Positions 25,261 to 40,365 of a DNA stretch of 64,000 nucleotides are shown here, piece by piece. The first letter of the stretch is position 1. Every line of letters begins with the position of its first letter. The notes under the pieces are model-generated. The model was not told where the DNA came from. It worked only from the letters and a program-made list of their open reading frames with translations, and ran no database searches. The stretch lies in the NCBI RefSeq assembly GCF_028641065.1, contig NW_026575418.1:124001-188000 (forward strand), written 5' to 3'. Source of the DNA: Leucoraja erinacea (Eukaryota). A program made the position numbers and the translations under genes.

Positions 25261-28200
25261 GACTAAAATATGCTAAATAACATAGAGGAGACTGCACTAG
25301 CTCTTGCATCTCGACCCGAAACGACACCCACTCCTTTTCTCTAGAGATAAGGTGCCAGGGTCTCGGATGTGTCTCAACACGTCCAAGATATCCTGAAATC
25401 AGAGGGAGACGAGCCTGAGGTCGTGGTACAAATAGGTACCAATGATAGAGGTTAAAAAAAAGAGAAGAGGTCCTGAATGGAGAATTTAGGGAGTTGGGAG
25501 GAAAGTCAAGGAAAAGGACCAAAATAGTAACAATCTCAGGATTACTGCCTGTGCCACGCGACAGTGAGAGTAGGAATGGAGCGAGGTGGAGGATAAATAT
25601 GTGGCTCAAGGACTGGTGCAGTGGGCAGGGATTCAAGTTTCTGGATCATTGGGACTTCTTTTGGGGAAGGTGTGACCTGTGCAGAAAGGACGGGTTGCAC
25701 TTGAACCTAAGCGGGCTAATATCCTGACGGGGAGATTTGCAAAGGCTACTGGGGAGACTTTAAACTAGATCGGTTGGGGGGAGGGACTCAAATAGATAGC
25801 TAGTAGACAGAGTGTGAGGCAGGAGGCAGAGAAGGGAAGCACTCGGACCCAAAATCTAGGGGAGAAAGAAGGAAAAGGAAATAAACAGAGAATAAGAGGC
25901 GGTGGGTTTCTTAAATGTGTATATTTTAATGCTAGGAGCATTGTAAGAAAGGTGGATGAGCTTAGAGCCTGGATTGACAGCTGGAAGTATGATGTTGTGG
26001 CGATCAGTGAAACATGGTTGCAGGAGGGCTGTGATTGGAAACTAAATATTCCAGGATTTCGTTGCTTCAGGTGTGATAGAATTGGAGGGGCAAGAGGTGG
26101 AGGTGTTGCATTGCTTGTCAGGAAAGATATTACAGCAGTGCTTTGGCAGTATAGATTAGAGGACTCGTCTAGGGAGGCTATTTGGGTGTAACTGAGAAGT
26201 GGGAAAGGTGTAGCAACACTTATAGGGGTGTATTAGACCGACAAATGGGGAGCGAGAATTGGAAGAGCAAATATGTGAGGAGATAGCAGATATTAATAGT
26301 AAGCACAAGGTAGTGATTGTGGGAAATTTCAATTTTCCACACATAGACTGGGAAACACATTCTGTAAATGGGCTGGATGGTTTAGAGTTTGCAACATGTG
26401 TGCAGGATAGTTTTTTGCAGCAATACATAGAGGTGATCACAATACCATTAGTTTCAATATAATTATGGAGAGAGTCAGAACTGGACCTAGGGTTGAGATT
26501 TTTGTTTGGAGAAAAGCTAACTTTGATGAGATGTGAAAGGATTTAAAAGGAGTGAATATGGACATTTTGTTTTATGGGAAGGATGTAGAAGAGAAATGGA
26601 GGACATTTAAAGGGGAGATTTTAAGAGTACAGAATCTTTATGTCCCTGTTCGGTTCAAAGGAACCAGTAAAAATCGGAAACAGCCATGGTTTTCAAGGGA
26701 AACCGGACACTTGGTTCGGAAAAAGAGAGAGATCTACAATAATTATAGGCAGCTTGTAGTAAATGAGGTGCTTGAAGAGTATAAAGAATGTAAAAAGAAT
26801 CTTAAGAAAGAAATTAGAAAAGCTAAAAGAAGATATGAGGTTGCTTTGGCAAGTAAGGTGAAAGTAAATCCAAAGGGTTTCTACAGCTATATTAATAGCA
26901 AAAGGATAACATGGGATAAAATTGGTCCATTAGAGAGACAGATTGGACAGCAATCTGCAGAGTCAAAAGAGATGGGGGAGATATTGAACAATTTATTTTC
27001 TTCGATATTCACCAAGGAGAAGGATATTGAATTATGTGAGGTAAGGGAAACAAGTAGAGTAGCTATGGAAACTATGAGATTCAAAGAAAAAGAAGTACTG
27101 ACACTTTTGAGAAATATAAAAGTGGATAAGTCTCCAGGTCCTGACAGGATATTCCCTAGGACATTGAGGAAAGTTAGTGTTGAAATAGCAGGGGCTATGA
27201 CAGAAATATTTCAAATGCCATTAGAAACGGGAATAGTGCCGGAGGATTGGGGTAGTGCGCATGTTGTTCCATTGTTTAAAAAGGTTTCTAAGAGTAAACC
27301 TAGAAATTTTACTTAGGGGTCACGTGAGTGATTACGTGAAGAAGGGCTGTCCGTCTGCGTCATTACGTCTGAACGCAACGCGCACAAAGGACTGGCAGAG
27401 GCACTGCGTCCTCCCAGCCGTCGGGATCGGCAGGTAAGGGAAGTTGAATTACTTTCGGGCTTTTGGGCTTGAGGTTTTTTTGTAGTTTCAGAGCCCAGAT
27501 GTCGAGGAGATGGTCCGCAGGGAAGTCGGCTGCTGAAGACCGCAACATTCCCAGTAGCGGGCGACGGTCTTGTTCCCGACATTACCGCCGGTAGAAGCGG
27601 CAGCAGAAGACTTGGTACAGGAGGAGGAGCTCCGTGGTGGTCCTGCGGGACGTAATAACCACCCGCAAGTCTGCCCAACCCGCTGACTCAGATGAGTCCG
27701 GGGAAGAGGGATACCCTCCCTCAACGGAGAGCGTCTGAGGACTACTCTCCCACAACAATGATCTGCTCCGAAGGAGGGAGCAGTATCAGCACGGGCCTCT
27801 ACAACAGGCAGTGCCGGGAGCCTTGCACATGGGGCACCCAATGTCTTCCCCATTGGAGGGGAAGTACATATGGAAGAAACCACTCTGAATCACAGTACAA
27901 AAGCACAGGGGGGGGGGGGCTTCCCAAGGACAAGCAGAAGTAAGTAAGTAAGTAAGTTTACTTATATAGCACTGCTTCAGTCAACTCGCATTGACACCAA
28001 AGTGCTTTACATAAACTGAATAATAAGCTTCCATACAAACAAAAGAAAATAAGTACTTCTGCAATCACCCAGGTTCCACCGGGTGCTTCCCTGGATGGAG
28101 ATCCAGCTAATAATATCAATTACCTAGCATCCCATCAACTTTAAGACCTGGCCATGAAAGGAACCATGAACAGGTTGACATCAGCTCCTAGACTATTGAC

Positions 28201-29869
28201 TAAACTATGGAAACCAATTCTGGTTTCAGAACCACATAGAAATGGCATATTTGGCGGACATTTTCATTTTGGAGTCTCCAAGAATTGGCAGAAGCATCAG
28301 TCAAAGAAAACCAAAACCCCTGTTTGAAAGACTTGGTTGCCTCATCCAACCAGTTAAATCAAAATTGACACCAACAAGGGTAATTGATTACCTAGGATTT
28401 ACTATCAAACACAGTAAATATGTTGGTGACTTTGCCTAGGGGCAAACTACAAGCTTCAAGTAAGCCTGCTATGACCTGATAGTCAAATACTAGCCATCTA
28501 TCAGGCAAACAACGAGTGTAATTGGCAAATAGTTGCTGCATTTCCAGCAGTACATCACGGGCCTTTGCATTACCAGAATTTACAGCGAGCCAAGGAACGA
28601 ACACTCAGATTCCATGCAGGCCAAATTGGCAAACTATGGATTGCCAGCAGAGGCCATTGTTGAATAACTATGGTGGATAACGAACGTGAGACAGCTCAAG
28701 GGAAATCTTGCTCGAAAGCCATCAGTGGTTCTTCAGATCAATGCAAGCGGCTAAGGATGGGGAGCCACAAACACAATCTAGAGCTGTGGGGGCAGATGGA
28801 ATGAGCAGGAGTCTGTAATTCCCCAACACATGGAATCAATTACCCAGAATTATTGGGGGCACAATATGGACTCAAGGTTTTCTGTATCAACATGCAACCT
28901 GTGCTTGTTCAAATTCAGATTGATAACACCACAGCGGTGCATATATCAATCACAAGGGGGGTGTAAAATCTGTATCTTGTGACAGATTGTCGAACCTCAT
29001 TTGGCACTGGTGTATCGAGAGGAATATTTGGGTTACAGCGGTCTATCTACCAGGTAGATATAACATGGTGACAGATGGTGGATCACGAATGTTTAATAAC
29101 AACACAGAATGGATGTTGAATCGGGCAGTATTTGACAAAATAACTACACAATTTGGCATACCAGATATTGATCTGTTTGCATCTAGACTAAAGCATCAGT
29201 TACCCAGATATGTGTCCTGTGAGCTGGATCCAGGTGTAAAGGCAGTGAATGCTTTCTCCCTCAATTGGGGAGGAATGTTTATGTATGCTCTCCGCCAATT
29301 TGTCTCACAAATCGATGCTTGACCAAAATCAAGCAAGACTAAGCCACAGGCATATTGGTAGTGCCAGATTGGCCTACTCAAGCCTGGTTCCCAAAATATT
29401 TTGCGAATTATAGTCCAGCCAGTTATGGCTGTACCCAAGAGCAGGTACCTCCTAGTGAACCCAGTTACAGGGAGCAACCATCCACTACATTAACGTATTA
29501 ACTTGTTGGTCTGCAGATTCTGAGGAGGCCATTTCAAGGCATAGGACTGTCCGAACAAATACAACACAGTTCCGATAACGGATGTCTTGGAGTTCCTATC
29601 AACTCTGAACTATAAACAAAGTTATAGTGCAATCTATAGTGCCAGAGGTGCACTCTCCTCCTATCTGATGCTGAAAGCAGGGCACGGGTCGATAGGAACG
29701 CACCCCATTACAACAAAATTCATGAAGAGAATTTACAATTTTATACCTCCAAGGCCAAGGTACACGGACACATGAGATGTGAGCGTGATACTAACCCTAC
29801 TTTGACAGTGGGGACCGCCTATAACTACCCTGAAGTTGGTATGCTGACAAAGGGTCCAGGTCGCACAGC

Positions 29870-32586
29870 ACACCGTGCTGACAGGAGCAGTGACTCTGGT
29901 AAGAGCAGGGGGGGGGCTATGTATTTACTCGTATGACAAATGGTGCACAAATGTAAACGTTGTCGAGAGACATTGTTCACCAGACATGGAGTTTATCACA
30001 TTGAAATGTCAACCCTTCTATCTGCCGCGGGAGTTCACAGCTGTCGTTATTCTGACTGTTTATATTCCACCAAGTGCCAACGTCAAGCTAGCACTGAACA
30101 CCCTGCTAGCATCAATCAACAAACTACAGACTGCGCACCCTGATGGGATTTTCATCGTGGTTGTAGACTTCAACCAGGCTAATCTAAAAACTGTCCTCCC
30201 TAAATTCCACCACCATGTCACGTGTCCGACGAGAGGTCAAAATACACTGGATCACGTGTACAGCAACATTAAGGATGGATACAAAGCCTCCTCTCTCCCT
30301 CACCTCGGCCAGTCTGACCATCTATCACTCTTTCTCACCCCGGCATACAGGCCTCTCATTATGAGAACCAAGCCCAGTGTGAGAAACATAAAGACTTGGT
30401 TGCACAAAAGTCCGCGAGCATTGCCACTTTCATTTCACTGCACATCTCGTATGTGTATGTGACAAATAAACTTGACTTGACTTGACTTGACTTGGCCCAT
30501 GGGCGCTGCCGCCCAACTTCAGGACTGTTTTGTGCGCACCCAGTGGGATCTTTTTGCAAACCAGGTCATACAAGAATACACATTCACAGTCATGTTCTAT
30601 ATACAGAACTGTATCAACAATGACACTGTCGACAGGGAGGTCAGGTGCTATCCAAACAACAAACCATGGATGACCAGGGATGTCAGAAAGCTGCTGCGGG
30701 AACGCAACTCAACCTTTAGATCTGGCGACGATGAACTGTACAGCACTGCCAGATCTAAACTAAAAAGAGCCATTAAAGAGGCAAAGACAGCCTATGGAAG
30801 AAGGTTAGAGGGGTATTTTAATGAGAGAGACCCTTGGCGTGTCTGGCAGGGCATTCAGCAACTTACCAACTACAAGGGCAAGGGGGAGCTGATCATCAGC
30901 AGCAGTAACAACTCGCTAGCGGAGGAGCTCAACCACTTTTTCGCCCGTTTTGAGCTGAATGAGGCGGAGCCTGCACTTGCAGCCGCACCCAGCACTGACG
31001 ACCTGGCACTCACTGTAAGTACGGAGGACGTCAGAAGAGCACTCCGCAGGGTCAACCCCAGGAAGGCTGCTGGCCCAGATGGCATCCCAGGGAGAGTATT
31101 GCGGAACTGTGCAGACCAGTTAGCGGAGGTTTTTAGCGACATCTTTAACCTCTCTCTGTCAACGTGCACTGTCCCTAAATGTTTCAAGACTGCTACTGTC
31201 GTGCCTGTACCCATAAAAACATCTATTACCAGCTTGAATGACTATAGACTTGTTGCTCTCACTTCAACGGTGATGAAATGTTTTGAACGGCTGGTCCTGG
31301 CCCACATTAAGTCCTCACTCCCATCCACCCTGGATCAGCATCAGTTTGCATATAGAGCTAATAGGTCAACGGAAGATGCCATCAACATAGCTCTACATTC
31401 TGCACTGGCACATCTGGAGCGCCCTGGCTCATATGTGAGGATGTTATTTGTAGATTTTAGTTCTGCATTTAATACCATCATCCCCAGCAGAATGGTGGAC
31501 AAACTGTCTGATCAGGGTGTTAATGCAAACACATGCAGATGGATGAAGGACTTCTTAACAGACCGCCCACAGACTGTCAGGATGGGGTCCAATTACTCCC
31601 CAGTCCTGACGCTCAGCACAGGAGCGCCCACAAGGTTGTGTGCTGAGTCCCATCTTGTATACAATATACACTTATGACTGCACACCAACACACAGTACAA
31701 ACAGGATCATCAAGTTTGCGGACGACACGACTGTGGTGGGACTGATAAACAACAACGATGAGTCTGCCTACAGAGATGAAGTCCAAAAACTGACTGTCTG
31801 GTGTACCAAAAACAACCTGGTACTCAACCCATCAAAGCCAAAAGAACTGGTCGTTGACTTCAGGAGGAAGAGGAGAGAGGAACCTGCTCATTTATACATC
31901 AAAGGAGACATGGTGGAGAGAGTCACTGGCTTTAAGCTCCTGGGAATAAACATCTCCCAGGACCTCAAATGGCAAATGAACACCGTCACTCTCGTGAAGA
32001 AGTCACAGCAGCGGCTGTATTTCCTGAGGTCTCTGCGGAGAGCAAATGTCTCACAGCCGCTGCTGCTGTCCTTCTACCGATGCGCCGTGGAAAGTATCCT
32101 CTCCTATGGAATCCTGGTGTGGTTTGCTAGCTGCACTGTGGCTGAGAGGAGGGCACTGCAGAGATTTATAAAAACTGCACAGAGCATTACAAACGCTCAA
32201 CTGCCCTCCTTGGATGATATATATATTGCGCCAGGCCACAAACATCAAGCAGGACACATCCCACCCTTTTCACTCTGCTACCCTCTGGGAGGCGATTCAG
32301 GTCTCTGAAGGCTGGCAGGGTAGACAAAACAATAGTTTCTACCCATGTGCGATAAAAGAACATAATTCCAACAGAGAACACTGGGGAAACAAAATGTAAT
32401 TCCAAGAAATGCATAATTTTTTTTAAATTATTTTAAAATACTTATTTATTATTTTTACTAATTAGTGTACATATGTGTCAATGGTTGTCGAGTTTGTATT
32501 TTTTAACCGGAGGAGATGCAATGGAATTTTGTTGCACAGTATTGTGCAATGACAATAAACATATTCATTCATTCATTCAACATTCA
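29870..32586 (+). mobile_element. Rex1/Babar LINE nested in DIRS A
   Basis: APE endonuclease (PFYLPREFT..SDH) and RT ORFs 29875-32308 with frameshift; (ATTC)n tail. Confidence 0.92.
30397..30492 (+). mobile_element. Short LINE 3' tail nested in Rex1
   Basis: AATAAA plus (CTTGA)n tail; GACTTGG at both ends. Confidence 0.7.
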
Positions 32587-35227
32587 TAATCAGGAACCTG
32601 ATAAAACAGAGCAGGCCAGGAATGCCAGGGATGAAGATCCAGTTCTTGACATATCCAGAGGACCAACGGTTGGGTGTGTGGTAACATACCAACACAACTA
32701 TCTGAGAGTTACGGAGAACCTCAGAGGATCAGAAGAATCGGTCCTCATCAGCCATAAAAAACCACACCAGAAGGTGTCAACTCAAACCATCTCCAGATGG
32801 TCAAAGGAGGTTATGGCGGTAGCAGGAGTGAACATTTATATCGTTAAATCTCACTCCACCAGGGCTGCATCTACGTTGGCAGCAAGAGCTATGGACGTGC
32901 CTCTTGACGACATCCTAGTGTTTGCAGGATGGGCGAATGAAATAACGGTCCACCTGTTTAATAACAAACCCATAACCGGACTGGGGGTTTTTGCACGTAC
33001 CATTTTAAGTTCTGTCCCCTAGTTTCCCCCCAAGGTTGGGAGGGGTAACTATTATTTTTTTTAAACTTTTCTTTCATTTAAAGCATCAGTGTCTTTACTT
33101 AACTACGTAATTTCTGAATGTTTTAATGATTACACTCATCCATGGTCAATCCATTCAGTGTGTGACGCCTGGATTCGTAACCGGCGTAAAATCACAGAGC
33201 TTTGAAATCTTCACGTAGTCGCTCACGTGACTCCGAAGTAAAATAGTAAGATTAAATGAGAACTTACCAGTTTGAAGTTTGATCTTGATTTTATGAGGAG
33301 TTACGATGAGCGATTACGTGCCCACCGCTCCCACCCTCATATTATCAAGGTCATATGGAAGTTCTAGTTTCTTCACAATCTTACTATTCTCAGGTCTTCT
33401 TTTTATCTGTGATTTAACACCGCTGCTTTGAAGATTGACGCACAAGCAGACGGACGGCCCTTCTTCACGTAATCGCTCATCGTAACTCCTCATAAAATCA
33501 AAATCAAACTTCAAACAGGTAAGTTCTCGTTTAATCTTACTATTATAGACCTGTTAGTTTGACTTCAGTGGTGGGCAAATTAATGGAAAGGATACTTAGA
33601 GATAATATATATAAGCATCTGGATAAACAGGGTCTGATTAGGAACAGTCAACATGGATTTGTGCCTGGAATGTCATGTTTGACTAATCTTCTTTAATTAT
33701 TTGAAGAGGTTACTATGGAAATTGATGAGGGTAAAGCAGTGGATGTTGTCTATATGGACTTTAGTAAGGCCTTTAACAAGGTTCCTCATGGAAGTGGTTA
33801 AGAAGGTTCAATTGTTGTGTATTAATGCAGGAGTAGCAAGATGGATTCAACAGTGGCTGAATGGGAGATGCCAGAGAGTAATGGTGGATGGCTCTTTGTC
33901 AGGTTGGAGGCCGGTGACTAGTGGGGTGCCTCAGGGATCTGCGTTGGGTCCACTGTTGTTTGTCATGTACATCAATGATCTGGATGAAGGTGTGGTAAAT
34001 TGGATTAGTAAGTATGCAGATGATACCAAGATAGGGGGTGTTGTGGATAATGAAGTAGATTTCCAAAGTCTACAGAGAGATTTAGGCCATTTGGAAGAAT
34101 GGGCTAAAAGATGGCAGATGGAGTTTAATGCTGATAAGTGTGAGGTGCTACATCTTGGCAGGACAAATCAAAATAGGACGTACATGGTAAATGGTAGCGA
34201 ATTGAGGAATGCAGTTGAACAGAGGGATCTAGGAATAACTGTGCACAGTTCCCTGAAGGTGGAATCTCATGTAGATAGGGTGGTAAAGAAAGCTTTTGGT
34301 GTGCTGGCCTTTATAAATCAGAGCATTGAGTATAGAAGTTGGGATGTAATGTTAAAATTGTACAAGGCATTGGTGAGACCAATTCTGGAGTATGGTGTAC
34401 AATTCTGGTCGCCCAATTATAGGAAGGATGACAACAAAATAGAGAGAGTACAGAGGAGATTTACTAGAATGTTGCCTGGGTTTCAACAACTAAGTTACAG
34501 AGAAAGGTTGAATAAGTTAGGGCTTTGTTCTTTGGAGCGTAGAAGGTTAAGGGGGGACTTGATAGAGGTATTTAGAATGATGAGGCGGATAGACAGAGTT
34601 GACGTGGATAAGCTTTTCCAATTGAGAGTAGGGAAGATTCAAACAAGAGGACATTACTTCAGAATTAAGGGACAGAAGTTTAGGGGTAACATGAGGGGGA
34701 ACCTCTTTACTCAGAGAGTGGTAGCTGTGTGGAATGAGCTTCCAGTGGAAGTGGAGGAGGCAGGTTCGATTTTATCATTTAAAAATACATTGGAAAGGTA
34801 TATGGATGGGAAAGGGACGGAGGGTTATGGTCTGAGTGCAGGTAGATGGGACTAGGGGAAAATAAGAGATAGCCAGTTTCTGTGCTGTAATTTCTATATG
34901 GTTATATGGTTATATATTAGATGCTGCCTGTTCCGCTGTGTTACTCCAGCTTTTTGTGTCTGCCACCAAAATCTTTCCTGAAAGAACTGACTCCGAATCA
35001 AGTAATTTCTGTCCGGGACCTGCCTCAGTGCCAAGGGGAAATCATTTCCATTGTACACAGAGAATGGACTGGCCGGACTGGGGATGTGTGTAGCTCATGG
35101 CTGAGTTCAAGGCCGTTCACTTCTCTGTGAGATGGTTACACTGATGATGAAACCCCGCAAGTGGCCCAAGCCCAACTCTGGAGGTTAATTTAATTAGTGG
35201 ATGGTTGTAAACTGCTGAATTATGTGG

Positions 35228-36320
35228 GAAGTAGACAAAAAAGCTGGAGGAACTGTGCAGGTGATGCAGCATCTATGGAACAAAGGAATAGGTGACATTT
35301 CGGCTCGAGACCCTTCTACAGACTGATGTCGGGGAGGGGGCACAAGAAAAAGAAAGGAAGACGCGGTGACAGCAGGTTGTGGGAGCTGGGAAGGGGAGGG
35401 GAAGGAAGGAGAAAGCAAGGACTAGCTGAAATTGGAGGTCAATGTTCATACCGCTGGGGTGTAAATTACCCAAGCGAAATATGAGGTGCTTTTCCTCCAA
35501 TTTGCTGTGGGACTCACTCTGGCCATGGAGGAGTCCCAGCACAGAAAGGTCGGATTCGGAATGGGAGGGGGAGTTGAAGTGCAGAGCCACCAGTTGGTTA
35601 TTGCAAACTGGAGATGTTGGGCGAAGCGATCACCAAGCCTGCGCTTGGTCTCACCGATGTAGAGCAGTTGACACCTGGAACAGCGGATGCAATAGATGAG
35701 GTTGGAGGAGGTGCAGGTGAACCTCTGCCTCTCCTGAAAAGACTGCTTGGAGTCAAGAGGGGAGATAAAACGACAATTGTAGCATTTCCTGTGGTTGCAA
35801 GGGAAAGTACCAGGGCAAGGGGTGGTTTGAGTGGGAAGGGACAACTTGACCAGGGAGTTATGGAGGGAACAGTCTCAATGGAAAACTGAAAGGGGAGGAG
35901 ATGGGAAGATGTGGCTAGTGTTGGGGTCCCGCGAAATGGCAGAGGATTACATGTTGTATGCGATGGCTGGTACGCTGGAAGGTGAGGACAAGGTGTACAT
36001 TGTCTTTGTTACGAGGAGGGGGATGGGGAGTGGGAGCGGAGCTCCGGGATATAGAGGAGACTCTGGTGAGAGATTCTTCTATATTAGAAGTGGGTGACCC
36101 TCATTCCCCAAAGAATGAGGAAATCTCTGACGCCTTGGTTTGGAACAGCTCATCCTGGGAGCAAATGCAGCGTAGACGGATGCATATGGAGTTGGGGGAT
36201 AGAGTCCTTACAGGAAGTAGGGTGGGAAGAGAAGTGTTGTCCAGGTAGCCTTGGGAGACTGTGGGTTTGTGGTAAATGTCAATCAGTAGCCTGTTACCTG
36301 CGATGGAGATGATGAGCTCT
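35228..36320 (-). mobile_element. Penelope-like element (GIY-YIG endonuclease, RT C-terminus, pLTR)
   Basis: GTFPCNHRKC..FTCTSSNLIYCIRC..LYIGETKRRLGDRFAQHL. Confidence 0.9.
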
Positions 36321-36681
36321 AGGGAGACGCGGTTTGGGGAGAGGGATCAGGTTCTGGAGATGAATGGGAAGGAGACGAAGTAACGTCACAGTATTTAGGC
36401 AGCAATGTTACTGATTGACCTTTAATGTGGAATCCGTGTCTGTGAAAGTTTGCGGGGCGAGTCTCGGGTTTATTGTCAGCAAACCGTTGGAAATTGGCGG
36501 TTGCAGAAAACCGGGGGAGGAGCTGGGGATGAGAGGCCGCTCTCTGCTCTGTCTGTCACTCTGACTCTGTCTCCTCCCCTTCTCGCCTGTCTCTCTCTAA
36601 CTGTTTCTCGACCAGGTCGGGGCGCTGTGTATAAAAGGAGACAGTAGCATTCGGCCTGTTATTGTGCAGCGCTTTCAGTGA

Positions 36682-37002
<321 letters not shown>

Positions 37003-37036
37003 ACGATTCTTCCCTTTATCCAATCGACAAAACAAA

Positions 37037-37080
37037 GGCTCTTTTAAGAGCCACCCACCATTTCATTGAAGGAGCAGTGA
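37037..37080 (+). terminator. Histone stem-loop and HDE of H4
   Basis: GGCTCTTTTAAGAGCC at 37037-37052, then GAAGGAGCAG. Confidence 0.93.
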
Positions 37081-37730
37081 CCGGGAACATGATCACATTA
37101 TGTACTGAATGAACTTTTATTTATTGCCCGATCGGTGCATGCATTTCATTGATTGAAAAGTTAATGTTATGCAGATATCCCGAAGGTTTAAACTGAGGAG
37201 GGGGTTATAGTAAACTATTCTCCAGGCCGAAGATTAGAGGCTATCTCCGTTCTCCCCTTTTCCACTTAACGCTTTGTGAATCCAACAACACAAGGGTCGA
37301 CTAGAAACTTCCCCGGAAAGCAGTGGTTTATCGCCAGTGTCATGTCGAACTGAATACCGTCAGTTTCCACATCGGGTCTGTAAATTCGCACCGCGTACTC
37401 AGACTTTGTGGTTTACAGACGTGATTTAAATTAATTCGAAATTAAGTTGGTTGGTACAAAATAGTGCTGCATTCACAATTACAAGCGAGTATTTACCTCG
37501 GCTCCCGCTTGCTGTTAAATTGGCGGGCAATTTGAAATTGAAACAGTAGCCAACCACACTACAGTGTGCCTGCCCTCACTGGTTGTCTGAGCTCCGCCCG
37601 CCGCTCACAAATCTCTGTATTTGGTCACAAATAATATTTTCCCCGCCGACCTCAGACCTGAAACTGGCGGCCAGTTGCTGACTGAGCAGCTGCCAATCGC
37701 AGCGCGGGAACGACATGTTTGCATCTGTAC

Positions 37731-37770
37731 CAAAGATCTTATAGCAGACCTCTCTGCTATGAGATATTTG
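37731..37770. mobile_element. 40-bp hAT-type hairpin element with 8-bp TSD
   Basis: 18-bp inverted arms (2 mismatches) around a 4-bp loop; ATCTGTAC on both sides; absent from the paralogous promoters. Confidence 0.85.
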
Positions 37771-37784
37771 ATCTGTACTACAGC

Positions 37785-39635
37785 CAATTGTAGCATTTCC
37801 TGTGGTTGCAAGGGAAAGTACCAGGGCAAGGGGTGGTTTGAGTGGGAAGGGACAACTTGACCACGGAGTTATGGAGGTAACAGTCTCAATGGAAAACTGA
37901 AAGGGGAGGAGATGGGAAGGTGTGGGTAGTGTTGGGGTCCCGCGAAATGGCAAAGGATTACATGTTGTATGCTATGGCTGGTACGCTGGAAGGTGAGGAC
38001 AAGGTGTACATTGTCTTTGTTACGAGGAGGGGGGTGGGGAGTGGGAGCGGAGCTCCGGGATATAGTGGAGACTCTGGTGAGAGACTCTTCTATATTAGAA
38101 GTGGGTAACCCTCATTCCCCAAAGAATGAGGAAATCTCCGACACCTTGGTTTGGAACAGCTCATCCTGGGAGCAAATGCAGCGTAGACGGATGTATTTGG
38201 AGTTGGGGGATAGAGCCCTTACAGGAAGAAGGGTGGGAAGAGAAGTGTTAACATATAACCATATCACCATATAACAATTACAGCACGGAAACAGGCCATC
38301 TCGGCCCTACAAGTCCGTGCCGAACAATTTTTTTTCCCCCTTAGTCCCACCTGCCTGCATTCATACCATAACCCTCCGTTCCCTTCTCATCCATATGCCT
38401 ATCCAATTTATTTTTAAATTATACCAATGAACCTGCCTCCACCACTTCTACTGGAAGCTCATTCCACACCGCTACCACTCTCTGAGTAAAGAAGTTACCC
38501 CTCATATTACCCCTAAACATCTGTCCCTTAATTCTGAAGTCATGGCCTCTTGTTTGAATCTTCCCTATTCTCAAAGGGAAAAGCTTGTCCACATCAACTC
38601 TGTCTATCCCTCTCATCATTTTAAAGACCTCTATCAGGTCCCCCCTTAACCTTCTGCGCTCCAGAGAATAAAGACCTAACTTATTCAACCTATCTCTGTA
38701 ACTTACTTGTTGAAACCCAGGCAACATTCTAGTAAACCTCCTCTGTACTCTCTCTATATTGTTTACATCCTTCCTATAATTGGGCGAGCAAAATTGTACA
38801 CCATACTCCAGATTTGGTCTCACCAATCCCTTGTACAATTTTAACATTACATCCCAGCTTCTATACTCAATGCTCTGATTTATAAAGGCTAGCATACCAA
38901 AAGCTTTCTTTACCACCCTATCTATATGAGATTCCACCTTCAAGGAACTATGCACGGTTATACCCAGATCCCTCTGTTCAACTGTATTCTTCAATTCTCT
39001 ACCATTTACCATGTACGCCCTATTTTGATTTGTCCTGCCAAGGTGTAGCACCTCACATTTATCAGCATTAAACTCCATCTGCCATCTTTCAGCCCATTTT
39101 TCCAAATGGCCTAAATCACTCTGTAGACTTTGGAAATCCTCTTCATTATCCACAAGACCCCCATCTTGGTATCATCTGCATACTTACTAATCCAATTTAC
39201 CACACCTTCATCCAGATCATTGATGTACATGATAAACAACAAAGGACCCAACACAGATCCCTGAGGCACCCCACTAGTCACCTGCCTCCAACCCGATAAA
39301 CAGCCATCCACCATTACCCTCTGGCTTCTCCCATTCAGCCACTGTTGAATCCATCTTGCTATTCCTGCATTTATACCCAACAGTTGAACCTTCTTAACCA
39401 ACCTTCCATGAGGAACCTTGTCAAAGGCCTTACTAATGTCCATATAGACAACATCCACTGCTTTACCCTCGTCAATTTCCCTAGTAACCTCTTCAAAAAA
39501 TTCAAGAAGATTAGTCAAACATGACCTTCCAGGCACAAATCCATGTTGACTGTTGTCCAGGTAGCCTTGGGAGACTGGGTTTGTGGTAAATGTCGATCAG
39601 TAGCCTGTTACCTGCGATGGAGATGATGAGGTCTA
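37785..39635 (-). mobile_element. Duplicated copy of the Penelope segment (35773-36320), split by CR1
   Basis: Near-identical to 35773-36320; resumes at 39551. Confidence 0.9.
38249..39550 (-). mobile_element. CR1 3' fragment, present only in the second duplicate
   Basis: RT ORFs 38419-39536; empty site at 36235-36240 in the first copy. Confidence 0.93.
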
Positions 39636-39881
39636 GGGAGACGCGGTTTGGGGAAAGGGATCAGGTTCTGGAGATGAATGGGAAATGGACGAAGTAACGT
39701 CACAGTATTTAGGCAGTAATGTTACTGATTGAACTTTAATGTGGAATCCGTGCCTGTGAAATTTTGTGGGGCGCTGAGTCTCGGGTTTATTGTCAGCAAA
39801 CCGTTGGAAATTGGCGGTTGCAGAAAACCGGGGGAAGAGCTGGGGATGAGAGGCCGCTCTCTGCTCTGTCTGTCACTCTGA

Positions 39882-40331
<450 letters not shown>

Positions 40332-40365
40332 ACGATTCTTCCCTTTATCCAATCGACAAAACAAA

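Larger units (their letters stand above)
27306..33544 (+). mobile_element. DIRS1-type tyrosine-recombinase retrotransposon A (decayed)
   Basis: Inverted terminal repeats, ICR at 33208-33320, RNase H and methyltransferase-like remnants (DIDLFASRL), YR motif KSHSTRAAS..AGW; ATT at both junctions. Confidence 0.93.
25355..34915 (+). mobile_element. Near full-length CR1 (ORF1 SGNH esterase; ORF2 endonuclease and RT) split by a DIRS
   Basis: ISGLLPVPR..FLDHW..DGLHLN esterase; YFNARSI..ISETWL endonuclease; sequence resumes at 33545 (YRPVSLTSVVGKLME); (TATGGTTA) tail. Confidence 0.93.

Noticed and set aside
28987-29400. Methyltransferase-like remnant as a captured bacterial gene
   Set aside because: A DAM-like domain after RNase H is a known part of DIRS1 pol, and it is disrupted here
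35141-35160. CTGATGA..GAAA as a hammerhead or C/D snoRNA
   Set aside because: No helix II between the motifs and no supporting terminal stem
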